The position numbers and the translations under genes were made by a program. Under the pieces are notes generated by a model that saw only the letters and a program-made list of their open reading frames with translations, made no database searches and was not told the DNA's origin. From Wigglesworthia glossinidia endosymbiont of Glossina brevipalpis (lineage in GTDB: Bacteria > Pseudomonadota > Gammaproteobacteria > Enterobacterales > Enterobacteriaceae): a stretch of 32,000 bases of DNA. The stretch lies in NCBI GenBank assembly GCA_000008885.1, contig BA000021.3, positions 600,001 through 632,000 on the forward strand. Direction: 5' to 3'. Every line of letters starts with the position of its first letter. The first letter of the stretch is position 1. Below, piece after piece: positions 30,572 to 32,000 of the stretch.

Positions 30572-30815
30572 AAAAAAATTACAAATCTTAAAAGGAAGTG
30601 TGATAAAAAATAAAATGCAAAAATCAATTGTTGTATCAGTAGAAAGATTTGTAAAACATCCAATTTATAAAAAATTTATGAAGAAAACAACTAAATTGCA
30701 TGTTCACGATGAAAATAACTCAAGCAAAGTAGGTGATGTTGTAGAAATACAAGAATGTAGACCTATTTCTAAAACAAAATCTTGGAAACTAATAAACATT
30801 AAAAAAAATAATTAA
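30564..30815 (+). CDS. rpsQ: 30S ribosomal protein S17
   Basis: [65 protein letters not shown]. Start assigned at MGKKK (30564), overlapping rpmC; the track start at 30537 is less likely. Confidence 0.96.
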   Translation: MGKKKLQILKGSVIKNKMQKSIVVSVERFVKHPIYKKFMKKTTKLHVHDENNSSKVGDVVEIQECRPISKTKSWKLINIKKNN

Positions 30816-30819
30816 TATT

Positions 30820-30857
30820 TATACTAATCTAATTTTTAAAATTACAAAATTAGTATA
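30820..30857 (+). terminator. Hairpin at the S10/spc operon boundary
   Basis: TATACTAAT (30820-30828) and ATTAGTATA (30849-30857) with inner AATTTTT/AAAAATT arms, between rpsQ and rplN, where the E. coli S10 operon ends. Confidence 0.45.
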
Positions 30858-30920
30858 TATTATATATTTTATTTTATTGTTAATATATATTATATATAAA
30901 AATGTTTTAAGGTAATTTAA

Positions 30921-31292
30921 ATGATTCAAGTACAAACTATATTGTCAGTTGCAGATAATTCTGGAGCACGTTTAGTAATGTGTATTAAAGTTTTAGGAGG
31001 CTCTCGTCGTAGATATGCTAAAATATCAGACATAATAAAAATAGCTGTTAAAGAAGCTATACCTAGAGCAAAAGTAAAAAAAGGAGAAGTTTTAAAAGCT
31101 GTTATAGTAAGAACTAAAAAAAACTTGCATAGATCAGATGGATCAGTTTTAAGATTTGATAAAAACGCTTGTGTTTTATTAAACGATAGCACAGAACAAC
31201 CAATTGGAACTCGTATTTTTGGGCCAGTTACTAGAGAGCTAAGAACTGAAAAATTTATGAAAATAATTTCTTTAGCACCAGAAGTTTTATAA
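30921..31292 (+). CDS. rplN: 50S ribosomal protein L14
   Basis: [81 protein letters not shown]. Confidence 0.99.
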   Translation: MIQVQTILSVADNSGARLVMCIKVLGGSRRRYAKISDIIKIAVKEAIPRAKVKKGEVLKAVIVRTKKNLHRSDGSVLRFDKNACVLLNDSTEQPIGTRIFGPVTRELRTEKFMKIISLAPEVL

Positions 31293-31309
31293 GCTAAAAA
31301 GGAATTAAA

Positions 31310-31624
31310 ATGTCAAAAAAAATAAAATTGAATGATGAAATAATAGTTCGTGTTGGTAAGTATAAAGGAAAAACTGGTAAAATAAAGAAAATTTTTTCTG
31401 ATGGAAAAGCAATTATTGAGGGAATAAATATATCAAAAAAACATAAAAAACCAACACCTAATGAAAAACAGTCTGGAGGAATTTTTGAAAAAGAACAACC
31501 AATTAGTTTATCTAATGTAGCAATATTTAACATAGATACAAATAAACCAGATAAAGTAAAATTCAAAATAGAAAAAGGTAAAAAATATAGAATATTCAAG
31601 TCTAATGGTAAAAAAATTAAATAA
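31310..31624 (+). CDS. rplX: 50S ribosomal protein L24
   Basis: LNDEIIVRVGKYKGKTGKIKKIF, GINISKKHKKPTPNEKQSGGIFEKEQPISLSNVAIFN. Confidence 0.98.
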   Translation: MSKKIKLNDEIIVRVGKYKGKTGKIKKIFSDGKAIIEGINISKKHKKPTPNEKQSGGIFEKEQPISLSNVAIFNIDTNKPDKVKFKIEKGKKYRIFKSNGKKIK

Positions 31625-31642
31625 ACTAATGGATAAATATAA

Positions 31643-32000
31643 ATGCAACTTTATGATTTTTATAAAAAAAATGTTTTAATAAAGTTAAAGAATAAATTTA
31701 ACTATAAATCTATTATGCAAGTTCCAAAAATTGAAAAAATTACATTAAATATGGGAGTTGGTAAAGCATCTTTTGATAAAAAATTATTAGAACATGCAGT
31801 TAACGACTTAACATTAATTTCTGGACAAAAGCCATATATAACAAAAGCTAAAAAATCTATAGCAAATTTTAAAATAAGACAAGGACATCCAATAGGATGT
31901 AAAGTTACTTTAAGAGGTAAATTAATGTGGTTTTTTTTTCAAAAATTAATTTGTATTGCAATACCAAGGATACGTGATTTTAGAGGTTTACCAGTAAAAT
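31643..32000 (+). CDS. rplE: 50S ribosomal protein L5, truncated by window end
   Basis: [42 protein letters not shown]...[41 protein letters not shown]...[12 protein letters not shown]. Confidence 0.98.
   Translation, partial: MQLYDFYKKNVLIKLKNKFNYKSIMQVPKIEKITLNMGVGKASFDKKLLEHAVNDLTLISGQKPYITKAKKSIANFKIRQGHPIGCKVTLRGKLMWFFFQKLICIAIPRIRDFRGLPVK

Noticed and set aside
29207-31599. Minus-strand ORFs 29207-29521, 30131-30331, 30926-31192 and 31294-31599
   Set aside because: All antisense to ribosomal protein genes.

Overview
This 32 kb window is from a strongly AT-rich, reduced gammaproteobacterial (Enterobacterales-like) chromosome, most likely an obligate insect symbiont; the taxon cannot be resolved from sequence reading alone. 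It contains islands of E. coli-like gene order joined end to end: rpoB(partial)-rpoC; ffs (4.5S RNA)-hha-dnaX-ybaB-htpG-adk-hemH; serT-yccA; ispF-ispD-ftsB-bamD-rluD-clpB remnant; metG-dcd; cpxR without cpxA; gpsA-grxC-yibN without secB; and the S10 operon running into the spc operon (rpsJ to partial rplE). I found no mobile elements, CRISPR arrays, phage genes, toxin/defence cassettes or clearly novel multi-gene system. The points most worth a second look are: a ClpB relic that is frameshifted, lacks the N and M domains and has lost most catalytic residues but still keeps a long open frame; a 4.5S RNA whose normally GNRA-type tetraloop reads GACA; orphan regulators (CpxR without adjacent CpxA, and Hha); domain-truncated DnaX, MetG and BamD; a strong GC-capped hairpin between yccA and ispF; and long poly(A) tracts in essential genes. 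Gene calls rest on remembered family sequences, not on a database search.
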